Source: Oculina patagonica (taxonomy: Eukaryota). From it: a stretch of DNA of 64,000 nucleotides. Within the stretch, counting starts at the first letter, position 1; every line of letters begins with the position of its first letter. The position numbers were made by a program, and so were the translations under genes. The notes beneath the pieces were generated by a model. The model had not been told where the DNA came from, ran no database searches, and worked only from the letters and a program-made list of their open reading frames with translations. Below are positions 34,379-48,470 of this stretch, in pieces. The stretch lies in assembly GCF_052425735.1 (NCBI RefSeq), contig NC_135761.1, positions 33,914,001 to 33,978,000 on the forward strand. Direction: 5' to 3'.

Positions 34379-36345
34379 GGAATCCGGTCACTTCGTTCCA
34401 TGTCAAGTTGTTCCACAAAATAGTCTGGTCGTTTCACACTATATAGTCAGATCATGTCAGAAAGAAATATTTAGTTAGAAATAGTTCGAAAAAAATGTCA
34501 AACTAGTGAGAATGCTCCATTTTGCCTCGTTATTTTCTGTGCTGGAAATTTGTGCGCACGTTTTGTAGTTTGAAGATTGTTTATGTTTGTGTTTGGTTAC
34601 TAAGCTTTGACTCACCTGCATTCGCAGCTAAATGCTTTTAACTTTATTAATCAAAACAGAAAAATAGAAAATAAGTCGTCTTTTCTTAAGTAAGGAAACA
34701 TTTACGCAGGCCTGATCAGGCTGTTCTAATAGAGACATCATTAATCTTATTCCTACTCCTCAGGCCACTTGAATATTTTTGCCATGCAGTCTTCATTTCA
34801 GAAGTACTCGGGTTTTTACCACAGAATCTATCTTAGATCTAAGTTCATCAGCACAAGCAGATAACAATGCTCTTTTTTTGTCCTTCAAATCTTAAGTCAT
34901 TGTCTTGTTGGGAGCAAGCAGTCCATTTTCAACAATGTAAGGAAGATCATGGTGTAAATCAAGTTCATATCTCTAGAAGTAAACCCCTGCTAATTCATGG
35001 AACAAGTCGCTCTAATAGAAATGTTCCTTAGAAAGAAGAGTTGTTATACCCCTTGTTTGGGTAACCTTTTGCCTCCACGTAAACATTTCCCCTGCCATCT
35101 TACAGATTCAACGAACAGGCAGATTTAAATTTTTTGAATTTATAACATAAAGACAATTCGTCAAATCTTACATGCAGTCAGCATCAGCACGAGCTGGATC
35201 GGTTATACTTATAGCTACGACGGTTAAAAACGAGCACAAGCTAAACCGGTAAAAACGAAATCATTTAAAAACAATTTAAAATAAGCTTACGTTGTTAAAT
35301 GTAACTCCATTTCTTCAGAAGAGTTGGAAGTTTTAAATAGTGTTACCGATCACAATCAGAACAAGGTATTCCAAAGCGAATTAGGTAAGATTTTATCTAA
35401 CCCAGCGGTATTATCTTTATGTATACAGCAACCTTACCTTGCGCTTTATATCTTTTTACAACCCTATCAAGACATGAACATGATTCCAGAAACACCAGTA
35501 CAAGCACTACATGCATCGGGTTGTAATGTCAATATACAAGAGATCCAGGTATGAACTCAGCAATTAAAACCATAAGTAATATGAGCCAGAGCAACGTGAT
35601 GCAGTAAAATGCACGTAGGGCTCAGCCAAAGGTACCTATGGCATTGAAACGTGTGGTCTTTTGGGCCGTAATACAATCTTTCCCTCCTCGTGTTGTCTCA
35701 ACCAAAACGCCGGCCATATTTACTTATAATTTGGTCCAACCCCCTCCGGTGTCCTGCGGCCCAATGTAATTCCTTGTATATCTTCTGAGCTCTTAATGAG
35801 ACAAGATATACAAATTTTGCTGCATCTTTTTTCTGGCCTTTATAAATAGTTATTTTCAGTGAGCTCACTAGAAATATTTAAGGCCCTCTTATCTACTTAA
35901 TGTGTTGTTTTTTTAATTTAAAAAAATTAATAATGTTTAACAGAAGCATAAGTACTGGGTCAGAATATTTTATCACCGTTTTCCTCATGCCTTTGGATGT
36001 CACTGGCATGTTGAATACTTGTTTTAAGTAAAATTAAATAAATTATATATACAGCTTATGCCAGAGGTGCTGGAGGGGTGTAAAAGAGCGATTTTCGACA
36101 TAGAGAAAAGGGAGGAAGTGTTGCTGGTACAAGCGGCAGATGAGGTTGAGTGGAATTTAAAGAAAGAAGAAGAAAGGAAGAGGAAAGAAAAGCTTTGAAG
36201 GAACATAATCCCAGCAAAAGGTTTAGCTGCCAAAATAAAATTGCTCAACAAGCAATTGAACTCTACGTTTCAACAAATAAACCAAGCTTATGATCCAAAT
36301 CTCCTACTCCCCCTCCCTCCTGTCTGTAACGGCAACTAATAATTA

Positions 36346-36697
36346 TGGAGCGCCGGACTGCTGTGCGGGAGGTCCTGGGTTCGAACCCCAGACCGGACCA
36401 ACACTCAGGGTCTTTAAATAACTGAGGAGAATGTGCTGTTTTTGTAATTACATCTGCAAATGGTTAGACATTCTAGTCTTTTCTACGATAAACCATAGGT
36501 CCCATCTCCTGTATCTCTAGTCTTATAGCAGGGGACGTTAAAGAACCCACACACTATTCGCAAAGAGTAGGGCACGAAGCTCCCGGTGTTGTGGTCTGGC
36601 CTTTACAATTGTATAGTAAATTGCAGTATGTGTAAAGCACATTGGAACATATAGATATGAAAAATGCGCTATATAAATGAATTATCATTATCATTAT
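36346..36697 (+). mobile_element. tRNA-derived SINE (Nin/Deu-like core, L2-type tail)
   Basis: B-box GGTTCGAACC; core gacgttaaagaacccac..aagagtagggc; 3' gtaaagcac...atgcgctatataaat plus a (TCATTA) tail. Confidence 0.8.
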
Positions 36698-38599
36698 TTT
36701 GTTTTACGCTTGTTTGTTGTTGTTTTGAAATGCAGGTGCAGGTCTCGAACCAAAAGTCTGCACACGAAATGTAAGTAAGATTTTCAAGTCGTTAACATTG
36801 ACATGGGTTATTCTGATTTTCTGTGTCTATAAGAGAAAATGTGGGGACTCAGATTATTTCTTTGTTCCACACTAGTGACATAATGAACATTTCATCTTTA
36901 TCAGAAAAATTGGCATTTCTGCGAATTTAAATATACAATATTTATGATATTTATAACATATTTTTATGCAATTCATATGAAAATATAAGAACCTTGGTAG
37001 TCTAAATTTGTTTTAAAGTACCATTTATAAGAACCTGTTTTGGCTAAATGAAAAAATCCAGGTTTTTATGTGCTGATTTGTATTGTATTTTATGTGCTTT
37101 ATGTAATATTTTCTATAGCTTGCAATTAATTTTGTCACTTTAAAGGCCTTTAAAACGCTCATTTGTGTTTCCTTTTGATAGCAAATTAAAAAGCGCCAAA
37201 AAGAGAATAACAAACGTCAAGGTATGTGTACAAATTTTTTTTCATTAAATAGTATTTTAGTTTACCAGTAATATTTAAATTATTGGCAAGAACACCATTT
37301 ACATTTTTTAACAGTTGTACTTGACAGTTTAACTGGTTTGGTTTGAAGCTCCCACAAAAATTCAAGTCTTGAATTTAAGTCCTGAAGTTCCCGAATGAGA
37401 AATATTTATTTCATACTTTTTAACACAACATTTAACTGTTTCTGGTGTAGAATAAAGTAAACGGTGAGTAAAAACCCGTGAGTAAGAACCTAATTTTTCC
37501 TGGTTAGCCTAATCTGGTTTTTACATAAGTAATGGTTAGGTTCTAATTTTCTGAAGAAAATGGTAGGTTCTTACTCGTGAGTTTTTACTGTACTGTTCTC
37601 ATTATCACCAAGCTATTAGCACATTTTGTTCAACACTTTTTTGTTGTTGTTTCAAAATGAAGAAGCAGGTCTCAAGCCAGAACGCTCTACATGAAATGTA
37701 AGTAACGCTTGTCCTTAACATTGACATGGGTTATTCTGATTTTTAGTGTCTATATGAGAAATTACCAAAAAAAAAAACAGCAAATAGGGGTCATTTTGTA
37801 ACCAGGATTTCTCTTTTTTCGAAATAATATTATAGAAAAACATATTATCTGAACAAGCATATTATCTAAACCAGGATTGTTTTTTATTTAGTAAAGTAAA
37901 TTTTCCCCATCCTCACCCTCCCCTATACAAACTGAAATTTATTTTCATCCAAGATGTAAAAAAGAACCCACAGGATGTTTTTAAAAGATTTTTTATTCTG
38001 GAATTTTATTATTATTTTTTTATGTGTACGAGGTGGGGACTTCCAGTACTTAAATTGTCAGTGGTTTTCCGCACGTTGGGAGTGCTACCGGCGATGATGG
38101 CAGAAAAATAAACTTTACGCAGTAGGAAAATAAAGAAAAAAGTTACAGATCCTTTGTGTCTGTTATGCTTTCAATCTTTTTAATGTCAAAACAGCAACCT
38201 TACCTTTTCAGTTTACACCATGACCGAAACAAAATCATTTGAGTCTCAAGCCACACAGACTATAGTCGAGGCCAAATCATCAGCAGGCACTGCAGAGGCG
38301 ATTTACTCTATATCGATCAGCAATTGGCCCCATTGCCTGTGCAAATGAGGCTTGAAGATGAAAAGGAGATTTTGACAAGGTATGGTCACGACCTTTCATG
38401 CCATGGGCAACCACAAAAACTATGCAAGTTTTAGGTTGCAAACTTCATTTAATGGGCAATGATTTCTTGGAAAATGCTGGAATCGTGGACAGGAACGAAA
38501 AACTCATTAATCTGAAAGCCATGTCATTTTCTCGAGGTTTCGACAGAAATCCTGGTTACCAAAATATGTTTTACTTTCATTTTTCTTGAACAGGAATAT

Positions 38600-39070
38600 T
38601 TTAAAGATTATGAACATGTTCTCAGGACTCTGGGTGTGGGTCGCCTATCAGAAAACCAGTGGCTGAAGGTTGTCAAATGGCTGCACCCTGCCATAAAGCA
38701 ACTGACAATTTAGTCTTGCAAAGAGGTGAAATCCGAAATTGTAAAGCGTGGAGACAAAAACAACCATCAAGTTATGTAGGAAAGATTCTATCTAACCCAT
38801 GGATATCATGCAAATAACTCAACGGGCACAATCCACGATGAGAAAATGGGGAAAGTCATTAGTCAAACTGGAGTGAAACGCCTCAGGGGCAGAGGGAGAG
38901 ATATTTGAGGAACTGCTGGCTAGTCAAGAAGACAAGTTCAACAACAGAGAGTGTGTCATCTACCATGATGCCACATGAGCCAACACTCTACTTAAAACAT
39001 TTTCCGAGGCAGACATAATTTATTGTGGGAATCCACCCAGAACTAACTAATGTGAAGAAAATTCCTTGCC
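38600..39070 (+). pseudogene. Kolobok/Mutator-like transposase fragment
   Basis: QWLKVVKWLHPAIKQLTI*SCKEVKSEIVKRGD...FYLTHGYHANNSTGTIHD, with multiple stops. Confidence 0.5.
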
Positions 39071-39199
39071 AGGTCAGCCGATTTCTTGTTTTATTATTAA
39101 AAATAGCAATGGCACTTACTCTTCCTTTCTCAACTTTGACTACACCAAATACAATTTTCCAAACAAAGATTGAAAGTTGACGTTGGAGGGTTCCGACCC

Positions 39200-39470
39200 T
39201 TGTGGCAAATGAGTACATGGTGGACATTTTCGGCCGAGAAGAGGCTGGGCTTGTTCATTCCCAGGATGACACTCAACTTGATCATGGTCGAGGAAAACTT
39301 AAGGTAGTCTGGGAAACAAGACATGCGAAAGGCACTGACTTTTTCCAGTACTTTATAAAGAACGAGGCTTCTGACATTAGGGAAACAATGACAGCTGGCA
39401 CTAGATCCATGTGTAGTTAGGGTTTCCCTCCTGAAGTGTAGACACAAAATGTTAGCGAGTCCATCACATG
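39200..39470 (+). pseudogene. MULE-like transposase fragment
   Basis: DIFG...GLV...W...FFQYF....A..IRETM....R..C.*GFPP..*TQN.SES pattern. Confidence 0.4.
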
Positions 39471-40499
39471 GCTGGCATGGCTTGCTGGTTCGCACTATAT
39501 CCTACTTTTACCATTTGTTGTGTTGCACAGTATATTTAACAGTTAAAAAAACAATACTTATGAATGGCAATAATAAATAAATTTAAAATTTTGTATCTAA
39601 AAGAGCATTCAAATAATAATTAACAAAAGTTTTTCCACAATCTATTTTGATTTAAATGACAAGACAGACAAATATTTTTAAAGTATATAGCTCTAGCTCT
39701 GCCATTCTTTTAAAATGTGACTCACTTTGTACTAAGAAAGTGTTGTTGATGATTTCCAAGTTGGAGGTAATGTACCTTGTGAGAAATGTATCAATTGAAA
39801 AGACAAGTTTCCTGTAAAAACAACACATGGTTAACTGCTCTGCCAAAGTCTTTGATGACATCCCCTTTGAGGAGGCCTCCAGTGAGGCAGCTTAACTTTC
39901 CAGCATTGGCCAGAACTAGCAGAATTATGGCCGATACGTAGGAGGACACATCGCTTTGTTATCCGTTTTATACACCAGTGCTCCTTTTCATTACTTTATC
40001 GTTATGCTGGCATACTCTGCATACATGTTTGAATCGCCCTGTCAATGCAAACTTGACAAAGCCCCAGTCACAGATAGTGGATTTCAATACGACAAGTTTG
40101 ACACAGGTAAAGCAGTGAGTGGATTTGTTGTTAAGAGAATTAATTGTTTATTCAATGTTTTTCCTTTTTGGTTTTGTTTTTATATTTTGTTTTCACCAGC
40201 CGTTTTTGTTTTTGTATCTCGTTTTTCTTCTTTTTAATTTTCTTTTTCACTTTTGTTTTTGTTTTTTCATTTCATTTTTTTACCAACTGTTTTATTTTTT
40301 CCCTTTTCATTCTCTTTTACTTGTCTTCGTTGTTGCCAAGATGGTGATGACAGCAAACAGGAAACCTCAAACAGCTAGCAGTCGTTTGTCTCTAAATCAT
40401 GCACTGCCTCTTTACGAACGATGGCAAGTACAAAGACTTCAGGAAAAATTAATGGATATTTTTTTGCCATGTCATTTTTTAACTTTGTGTTTGTTCCAT

Positions 40500-43400
40500 G
40501 TACAGTTCCCACAAAAACTTTCTTAGGTGTCATTCCCAATCACAAAGGCATATTAAGGGGCACATGCACTGTGTGTGCATGTCTAGGCTATCGGGAGAGC
40601 AAAGAATCAAACAAATGTGGTCAATGAAGCTCAACAAAATATGCCCATAGCAATAACCGGAAAAGGCCTCAAGTCACGCATTCTTTTGTAAACATTTTTA
40701 GTTGGCTGGTCCGCTTACACTATCACAGATAGATAAAGCTTATTTTTCCACATTTTAAATCAACTTACGCATAGAAGAAAATGAACATGTTAAGTATAAA
40801 GACAAAAGGCAAAGTAAAAAAGTATGTTAAGTATATAGGCAAATGCGCAATGGAAGTAGTTTTCTTTTATAAGTAAATGCATAAGGAAACACCAAGGACG
40901 ATCAGGAGATTACTTTCTGGATGTCTCAACAACGATATTACTGAAACTTAATAAGAGAAACTTGTAGCTTGCAATTTGAGAGTAAGACATCTGTTCCATC
41001 GCTACTTTTAAACTTCTTGTTAAAATTCGGCCAGCATTGAAAAAATAACACTTGTTTGTTTTTTATTTATTTTTCAGGAGGCAATGTCCGGAGGTGAGGG
41101 GGCACAATCATGCAAGTGCACACAGTTTGTGCTGTTCCCTGGTATTCAGGGACTGTTACACTTGTGGTCATTTGGCTAGAGACCACAAGGGTCTTGGGAG
41201 AATCTCTGTCGAAGGTCAGCAAGTGAAGGGATTAAGGCTTTTGGTACGTTAATGCCTAGAAAAAATTATTATTTCTTTAATTTTTGCTCTTCTTTCCGTA
41301 GGAGCATTACAATCACCTGTCTCTATTTAATGCTTTTAGGCTGTGACCTCTAAGTCAATGACTGACTTACAATGTAAGTAGGGAGGGGGCAAATTATTCA
41401 TACATTTGTACATATACACATACATGCAGACAACTTTTTAAAGCACTCAATTTATTTTGTTTTCTGTCTATTCTGGGTTTTTTTAGAATTCATCTGCATC
41501 TGAGTATGAAAATTTTTCTGATTCAGGGAGTGATATAAATGTTGAGGTAAACTCTGACTTTTCATTGGTTGTTTAAAAATCAACTACACTGTATATACAT
41601 ACCATAGGAACACTATCAGTTCCATATTTCATAGCCACATGTACATGTAAGTGACTTACTTTGACTTTTTTCATAACAAAGAAATTCTTTTCTTTATCAA
41701 AGTTCTTAAAGGCATTTGTTTTTTTTGTGAAACATCTTGTGAAATGGTGTGAAGTTAAACATTATTACTCACTATTTTGAGCAGTCGACATTAACATTGT
41801 AATGTTTCAACATCCCATTACACTTTTTTTTCATTCAACCTCGTCTTAATCCTAACTCTCTCCTGGAGAATAGGGCCATACTATCAGCCTACAGTTTATA
41901 TAAAAACACTTCATTCCACCTACACCCTTACACCTGCGTTCAATGTTACATGCATATTAATTTTTTACACCCATCTTTTGACATCGTCTTTCAACCTGCT
42001 ATTTGAAATGAGCCAATCAAAACTGATGTATGCAGGTGTTGGTTTCTTGTAAGTGAACACAGACTGTTCAGAAGATGGGCTTTTATGGCTGGTTTTGATC
42101 TGTGTTGTTTGTTTACAATGAAGCATTCCGAAAGAAGGCTGTCAAAAGAAAGCCGCTATGCATGTAGAACTGGAAGTGGGTGTAATAGGTTATTTTCACT
42201 GTAAAACTCAACCTCTGAAATGTACTCAAAAAAAAGTTATTTTAAAACATTGATCCCATTCTTAATTACCGTTGGCTTGATATTGACTTACAAATTTTAA
42301 TTTTATTTCTTTTCACTTTTTTCCTTATCTTGTCCATAGGACAATGAATTCTCTGACTTCTTATCGAAGCTAAGGGAATCAACTCAAATTGGAGAAATTC
42401 TTGACTGAAACCAGAGTTGAGGGGCCTTCGTCAGTTCGCCCATTGCCCTTTATTAACTCCTTGAGGGAAGTTTCATCACACCTACAAGCGTTTCAGGCCT
42501 CTTCTGAGACACCTGATGGAACAGCCTGCGGTTCAGCGCTTAATGCTGCTGTCAAATTTCATATCGGTCATCTGTTTTTATTTCGATGATGAAAGCCAGC
42601 AATCCAGTGCAGCCTACATGTACAGCTTCATTATACACATCCACAACAACAGCATTGTCAATATCAGCTTCGTCAACATCATCGTCAGCATCGTCAGCAT
42701 CAACTACATCATCATCAGCATCAACTACATCAACTTAAGCATCGTCAGCATCATCTTCAGCATCAACTACATCATCTACATCAGCATCATCTTGGTTGGT
42801 GTCATCTGCATCAACATCACCTACTTTTACATCATCCAGTTTCAGCTCACTCGTATCTACCGGTACATCGTCTTACTCAACCTTGTTCAGTCACAATACA
42901 TCTGCTACAACTTGTGAATCACGCACATCAAATTTTAGTTTACCATCAGTGCAACAAGATCTGCATCCTTTGTACTCATTTAATCAGCCGTCTTCCAGTT
43001 CAGTAGTAAATCATCTGTCTTTCACTTTAAATCTGACATCTCCATTGTTTCATACTCAGCTATCTTCGACTCAACTCCTACCTTCCACATCATCTGGACA
43101 ACCTGCAACATTGCTTCCTCAAGCTCCCTGAATCTCGTCCTTGCCAATGGAAGCCATACCATCATCTTTCCAGCAAGTTTCATCATCTTTAAGCCTGTCA
43201 TATCCAACTATAGTCAGCCTTCAGTTGTTTCATCCACTGCTTTGCAGACATTTTATCCAGCTTCTGCTGTTCCAGCTCTTCAGTTGTCTGCACCTCCAGT
43301 TTCATCTTTTTCATATCATCAACTGTCACCAGCCAGCTCTTCTTTAGTGGTAGATCCTGAGACCCTTGGCATTCATGCTAAGTATGCTCTTCCTGGTCAA

Positions 43401-43500
43401 TCCTGTTTTGATCGGCTCAACTCATTGTCAATTCCAAGAAATGTTGACAGTTTGAAACAAGTTAAGGAGATCTGGGAGCTTGGATTGCCCACCCTAAAGA
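40500..43500 (+). pseudogene. Degraded spliced gene with Cys/His clusters and a Ser-rich region (probably a transposon accessory gene)
   Basis: GILRGTCTVCAC (~40550), CYTCGHLARDH (~41155), small splice-flanked blocks, and a frameshifted Ser/Thr-rich region at 42600-43350. Confidence 0.3.
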
Positions 43501-44369
43501 GATTGGACGGTGATGATGAAGAATTTGAAATTGATCAAACGAAATTCCCCTCGTTTACAGTCCATGTAAATTTATTTATTTATTATTTCAATGCCATGGG
43601 TTTAATGTTAGCACCACCTTTTTTAATTTTGTTTTGATTTTTGTGTTAAAAACAAAAACCGAACAAATTTGATGGCTATAGACCATCATGCTTTGCTGGC
43701 ATATAATGTTTTTAGATATAGCACATAAAAGTAATCTTGATATCTTCTTTGTGGGAAGCGTGTCACAGTCTTTTTACGGTCTTTTTCTTCACGTTTGGCA
43801 CTTTTAGCATCATGTTTACTGAGGTCATGTGACAAATGCTTTCCCATCAAGTTTGCATTTTGTGGTTCCGGTTTCGACAGGAAGAAGGCGCTTCAGTGGT
43901 AAGTGACTTATGGGAAGGTTTTTTGGCCGCTTAACAAAACTAACTCACCTTTGACACTTTTAGAAGAATTTTCTACCTTTTATGGATCCAAATGTCGTTT
44001 TGTTATGATTAAAAAACAAGGTATTTTGCATGATCTAAATTAAGAAAACCGAGTGGCAAAAGAAGTTGCACATAAGAAGTAAATCGGGAATTTATCCTTT
44101 GGACCAGGGGCAGATATCGAATGAGCAACTTCTTTGCACTGCGCCATCTTCTTCATCTTCTTCGCCACCAGAACCTTTGAGTAACAACGCATCTGGAGCA
44201 GTTCAAGCTTTTGAAGCACTTGAGGCTGTGCTGTCAACGCCTTCCAGGGCAAAATACAGGCGTAGGATGGACGGAAACTACGATCTTGAAGGCAGTCCAA
44301 CATTCTCCGCTTGGAAGAAACTTTACTCCGCAAAGGAAGACTTGATCGCATCCGGAACAGTGGAATTGC

Positions 44370-44510
44370 AAGGAGCAACAGCAGAGCGGTCAAATGTTGG
44401 GTCTTCGTCAACTGGAGCAACAGCGGAGCAGTCAAGTGTAGAGTCTTCGTCAACTGGAGCAACAGCGGAGCAGTCAAGTGTAGAGTCTTTTTCAACTGGA
44501 GCAACAGAAG
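44370..44510 (+). repeat. 42-bp coding minisatellite (SSTGATAEQSSVES x~3)
   Basis: Directly visible in both the DNA and the translation. Confidence 0.9.
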
Positions 44511-45553
44511 AACCGTCAAGCCGTGTAGCGTCGTCGTTAACTGTAGCGCCTACAACGAGCGAAACGCCTTCTACAGGTGTGCAGATCAACTCCTCTATGA
44601 CTGTTCTACGAGAGATTTTAACATATCCCACCCTTGAGGCTCGTGGTCCTGCAAAACGTAAAAATGTCAAAAGGACAATTCTTAATTTTGTTAGCGGCCC
44701 AGAATCCTTCCAATTTTGCTTGACGAGAAATTAAAGAAGGCTAGACAACTAGCGGAGAAGCAAAAGAAGTTACAGGAAAGGGAAAAGAAAAAGGAGGAGA
44801 GACGCAAGAAATTGGAGGAAGAGAAATTAAGGAAAGAGCAAAGAAAAAAAGAAAGAGCTGACAGAAAGAAGAAAGATCAAGGAAATCCAGGTAGTAAGAG
44901 AACAAGGAAGTCGAAGAGTAGGAGTCAAGGAGGCAGAGGGAAGACATGGCGACAGAGTGCCGGACAGAGTCATGATGACGAGAATGTTTGTAGCATTTGC
45001 TTCCCACAGATGGCGAGAATAACCCTTGGGTCCTCTGCGACGGCTGTGAATTGTGGATGCACATAGACTGTGTTCCTCTAGGAGTCGATACTGAGAGTAT
45101 TTATAGTAACGAAAAAAATTTTTGTCATGTGTGTTCTGATTAAGACTGTGCTTGTATTTCAAGGGTTGATACCTAGTGCTGATCGATGTTATCCAAGATT
45201 CCTGTACATTTCAAACAATAGTTTTAAACGATCCAGATGACTTTTTTTGATTAACGGATCAAGTAACACATGTAAAAGAGTTTTACAACCAGTTTACTTT
45301 AGACTGTGTTTGATGTATTAAAGTTCATATTAAAAAAAATCTGTATTTGTGTAAATTTTTTTTGCTCTTTCTGAATTTTTTTTATTATTCTCAATGGGGT
45401 TTTTAGTGATAAATGTAAAAGATCAAGATTGCTATTTGCTTTATATAATCATGTTAGAAATAAGATATTGACAATGACTTGAATCGCAAACTAACACGTA
45501 TAAAAATTATGACAATTGCAATTAAATTTTCCAATTTCAGATCTGTTATTGCG

Positions 45554-46136
45554 ATGCGTTTAGTTACTGTGAGCAACGTCGTGATAAAGGGCTATCACAA
45601 ATTTCAAATAAGACCTCCACAAATTGTGCGACTGCCGGTCACCAAAGAATACGGGAACAGACACGATCCCCATGCATGTTCAGTGTGGGTCCCAGAGCTT
45701 GAAAAGATTCCTTCCAATTTAAGAAACCAGATAACAGATGAAAAGCGTGGTGAGAGAGTCTCTACAATTGCTGGCTTGCCAATTGGGCGTGTACCGCGAG
45801 GGCTTTCTTCTTGTTTCTGGGATCTTTTAAGCATGGCACAGGTGAAATGCATTTAAAGGTATGTGTGGTCTAGAAACTAACATTTTGTCTTAATTTTATT
45901 GGCGTTTCTGTATCTTTATGATGCGATCTAAGAAAAATATATATAAATATTTCAGTGAACAGACTGGAAATCCGTGCAAGAGCTTCCCTCCGTGGCCAGC
46001 GCAACATCTCTCAGGAGGAGGAGCTGTCATCCCGTGCACGTACCGTATTGAAGTGCAAGATGGCAGCGAGCAGTCAAAGTGCGTGCAAACAAAGTGCGTG
46101 CAGCAGTGGAAGCTATGGAAGAGAAAAGCGTTCTAG
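45554..46136 (+). pseudogene. HIRAN-like domain gene, 2 exons, with a premature stop
   Basis: IKGYHKF...KEYGNRHDPHAC.V...IGRVPRGLS and GGGAVIPCTY; intron 45859-45955; TAA at 45854-45856. Confidence 0.65.
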
Positions 46137-47680
46137 AAATAAAAGTTTGTTAGATTCAAAAACCTTGTTTATGTCTTATCTCACATAAGCTTTAGTTCTA
46201 AAGAGGGCCAATACATGAAAATCCATCCCATACCTCTTCGCGGCGCATATCGCACATGTCTTATGCGGGTTACTCTTCTACCAGGGCCCTTCTATCCACC
46301 TCTAAGTAATCATTTTGCCTTGAAATGCTAATGTGCGGTCGCTAAGCCACTTCGTGTTTGTCAAGAAAGAGGAAACGTTGTTTAACATTGATCGGTTTCA
46401 GGGAAAATTGCGCTTTATTTCGATGACAGGAAACTGGGCAAGGTGGTCGGAAACTGGGCAACTTACTAGTTTTGCCAAAATTAGCAGAACTTCTTTATTA
46501 ATTGTGGAAAGCAGCCGCCAACATTTATACATATTAGAGGTAAGTAAATGAACAGCCTGTGATATTAAAATTAGACATTTTCCGTGCATAAACTAGAAGT
46601 TATGGCGATTACAAACTAAAGTGGCCGGAAACTGGGCCACATACTGTAAACTAACAAGGGCAGACAAGAACGGTTTTAAAACACTGACACTGCAGTTGTT
46701 GCATTGTTTAATATAAATTAAGTCTTACAAAAGCGAAATTTCACTTGTCATACCTCCTTTTTAGTTTGAGCTCACAATATCTTAAACTTGGATGCTCTCT
46801 TGACATCATTTTTTTGAGATTATCACTTGTAAACACTCCTGAAACACTTGTAATTCGTATGAACCGTACGCGAATGATGAATGCTTAGTAGCCAAGCTTT
46901 GAAATGTAGAGAGGACAACATGGCCGCACTTTCTTCGGAAAAAAAAAAGTTTTTAAAGATTTTGGAAACTGCTACCTGCAACAGGATAAAAACTTCATGC
47001 AGAAAAGGAGTTTGAGAATCCAAAAGATTCATTTGCTGTGAAGGTCAATAAAAAAGCGAAGCGGTTGGCCAATTTTCTTGTGAGTACTTTCGTTTATCTT
47101 GGTGCTTTATCGCACACGGCGGAAAGACATGCTTCGAAGTGGCCGGCAGGCTTCACTGCAAACAGCTTTGCAGAAAAACTTAAAGGCAGTGAACAACAAC
47201 AAAGTTTTCAGGTTGTTGTTTGTTTGTTCAGTGACGTCTTGAGAAGTTTAATTAGGCCGTTGAGAACTCCGAATAGAGATGTTTCCGTAGATAAGCCGCA
47301 CCCCAGATTTTTGACTTGAACTTAGAGAAAAAAGGTGAGGCTTATACACGGAACTTTACGGTAGTTTTAAAATGGAGAAACCGAAAATGCCAAAATTCTA
47401 TGGAGATGTTAGAGAGTACGCCACTGTCAGATCACATTTCAAGCACGCAATTAAAGCGAGATGGGATTACAATTTTTTGCACCTACCTACAAGGAAAACC
47501 ACTTGACCCGGTAAAGGCAACAGGCTCAGACTATGACCCGGCATATATATACTATCTTTGGCGACCAAGAATTCATATCCGACACTGTAACGCAAGACAT
47601 TATGAAGTTTTGACCGATATGTGACAGCGAAGATGCCCGATTCTGTGATTTAGTACACCGCGTCAAGCGGTGCTACAATA

Positions 47681-48282
47681 CCAGAGCCGTAGCAAGGGGA
47701 GGGGCCGGGGGGTACCATGCCCCCCCCCATTTTTTCCCCAAAAAGTAAAAACAGACCTGTATAAAATGTTGAAAATAAAATTTTATCTCCCGAGAGGTTC
47801 GAGACAATAACCTTTGTACTTCTTTTCATTTTTTAAAGTACGTAGGGTGATGCACAACAATATTAAACAGCCAAAAATTAAAACAAATGAGAAATCGTGA
47901 CCTGCAGCAGTACCAGCTAGAAGCCCAGTTTTCCCTGCTTCCAGAAGTAGTGCAGACAATGGAGTACGGCAACTCCCGATTCGACATCGCTGATCTGCTG
48001 GACTTTTTTCAGTCACTCAGAAATGCACGCAAACTCCTACTGAGTGAGCTTTGCACCCTTGGTAAGCTTATGCTTGTCATGCCAACTACCAATGCCATCA
48101 GCGAGCGCTCCTTCTCCGCCTTAAGCGAGTCAAGACCCACCTGCGTTCTACCACAGGAGAGGGCAGGCTCAACCACCTCATGCTTCTGCATGTCCACAAG
48201 GAATTGGCAGATGGTGTTGACATGGTGGAGGTCGCCAATTTGTTTGTGGGTGACAACCAGCGGCGCAAGCACCTGTTTGGAA
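47681..48282 (+). mobile_element. Internally deleted hAT element (left end plus dimerization domain)
   Basis: CAG-starting GC-rich end. VMPTTNAISERSFSAL / RVKTHLRSTTGEGRLNHLMLLHVH is the hAT C-terminal dimerization motif, frameshifted. Confidence 0.75.
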
Positions 48283-48470
48283 CTTTGGAACAAAAGCCAA
48301 GACAACTGTCCAAAAGGAAGATCCTCAGCCAGGTTGCCCGAATTTATGATCCAACTGGCTTTGCATCCGCATTTCTCATCAGAGCCAATTTAGGAACTGT
48401 GGAGAAAGGGAATCGACTGGGACAACGATTTACTCCCTGGAATTCAAGAAAAGTGGACATGCTTGTTTTA
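48283..48470 (+). pseudogene. BEL/Pao pol fragment
   Basis: LSKRKILSQVARIYDPTGFASAFLIRA is a Pao 'peptidase A17'-region motif. Confidence 0.7.

Larger units (their letters stand above)
44085..46646 (+). mobile_element. 5'-truncated pogo/Tigger-like element (transposase C-terminus with PHD finger, HIRAN gene, right TIR)
   Basis: GIYPLD...AFEALE...Y.RR...NYDLEGSPTFSAWKKLY, then a Lys/Glu coiled coil, then a frameshifted PHD finger (CSIC..WVLCDGCELWMHIDC..FCHVC). The element ends ...gggccacatactg|TA at 46646, with GGAAACTGGGC subrepeats at ~46429, ~46449 and ~46627. Confidence 0.65.

Noticed and set aside
36346-36400. tRNA gene
   Set aside because: Only a B-box-containing SINE head is present; there is no complete cloverleaf.
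39956-40526. Phe-rich 'membrane protein' ORFs
   Set aside because: These are translations of T-rich low-complexity DNA.
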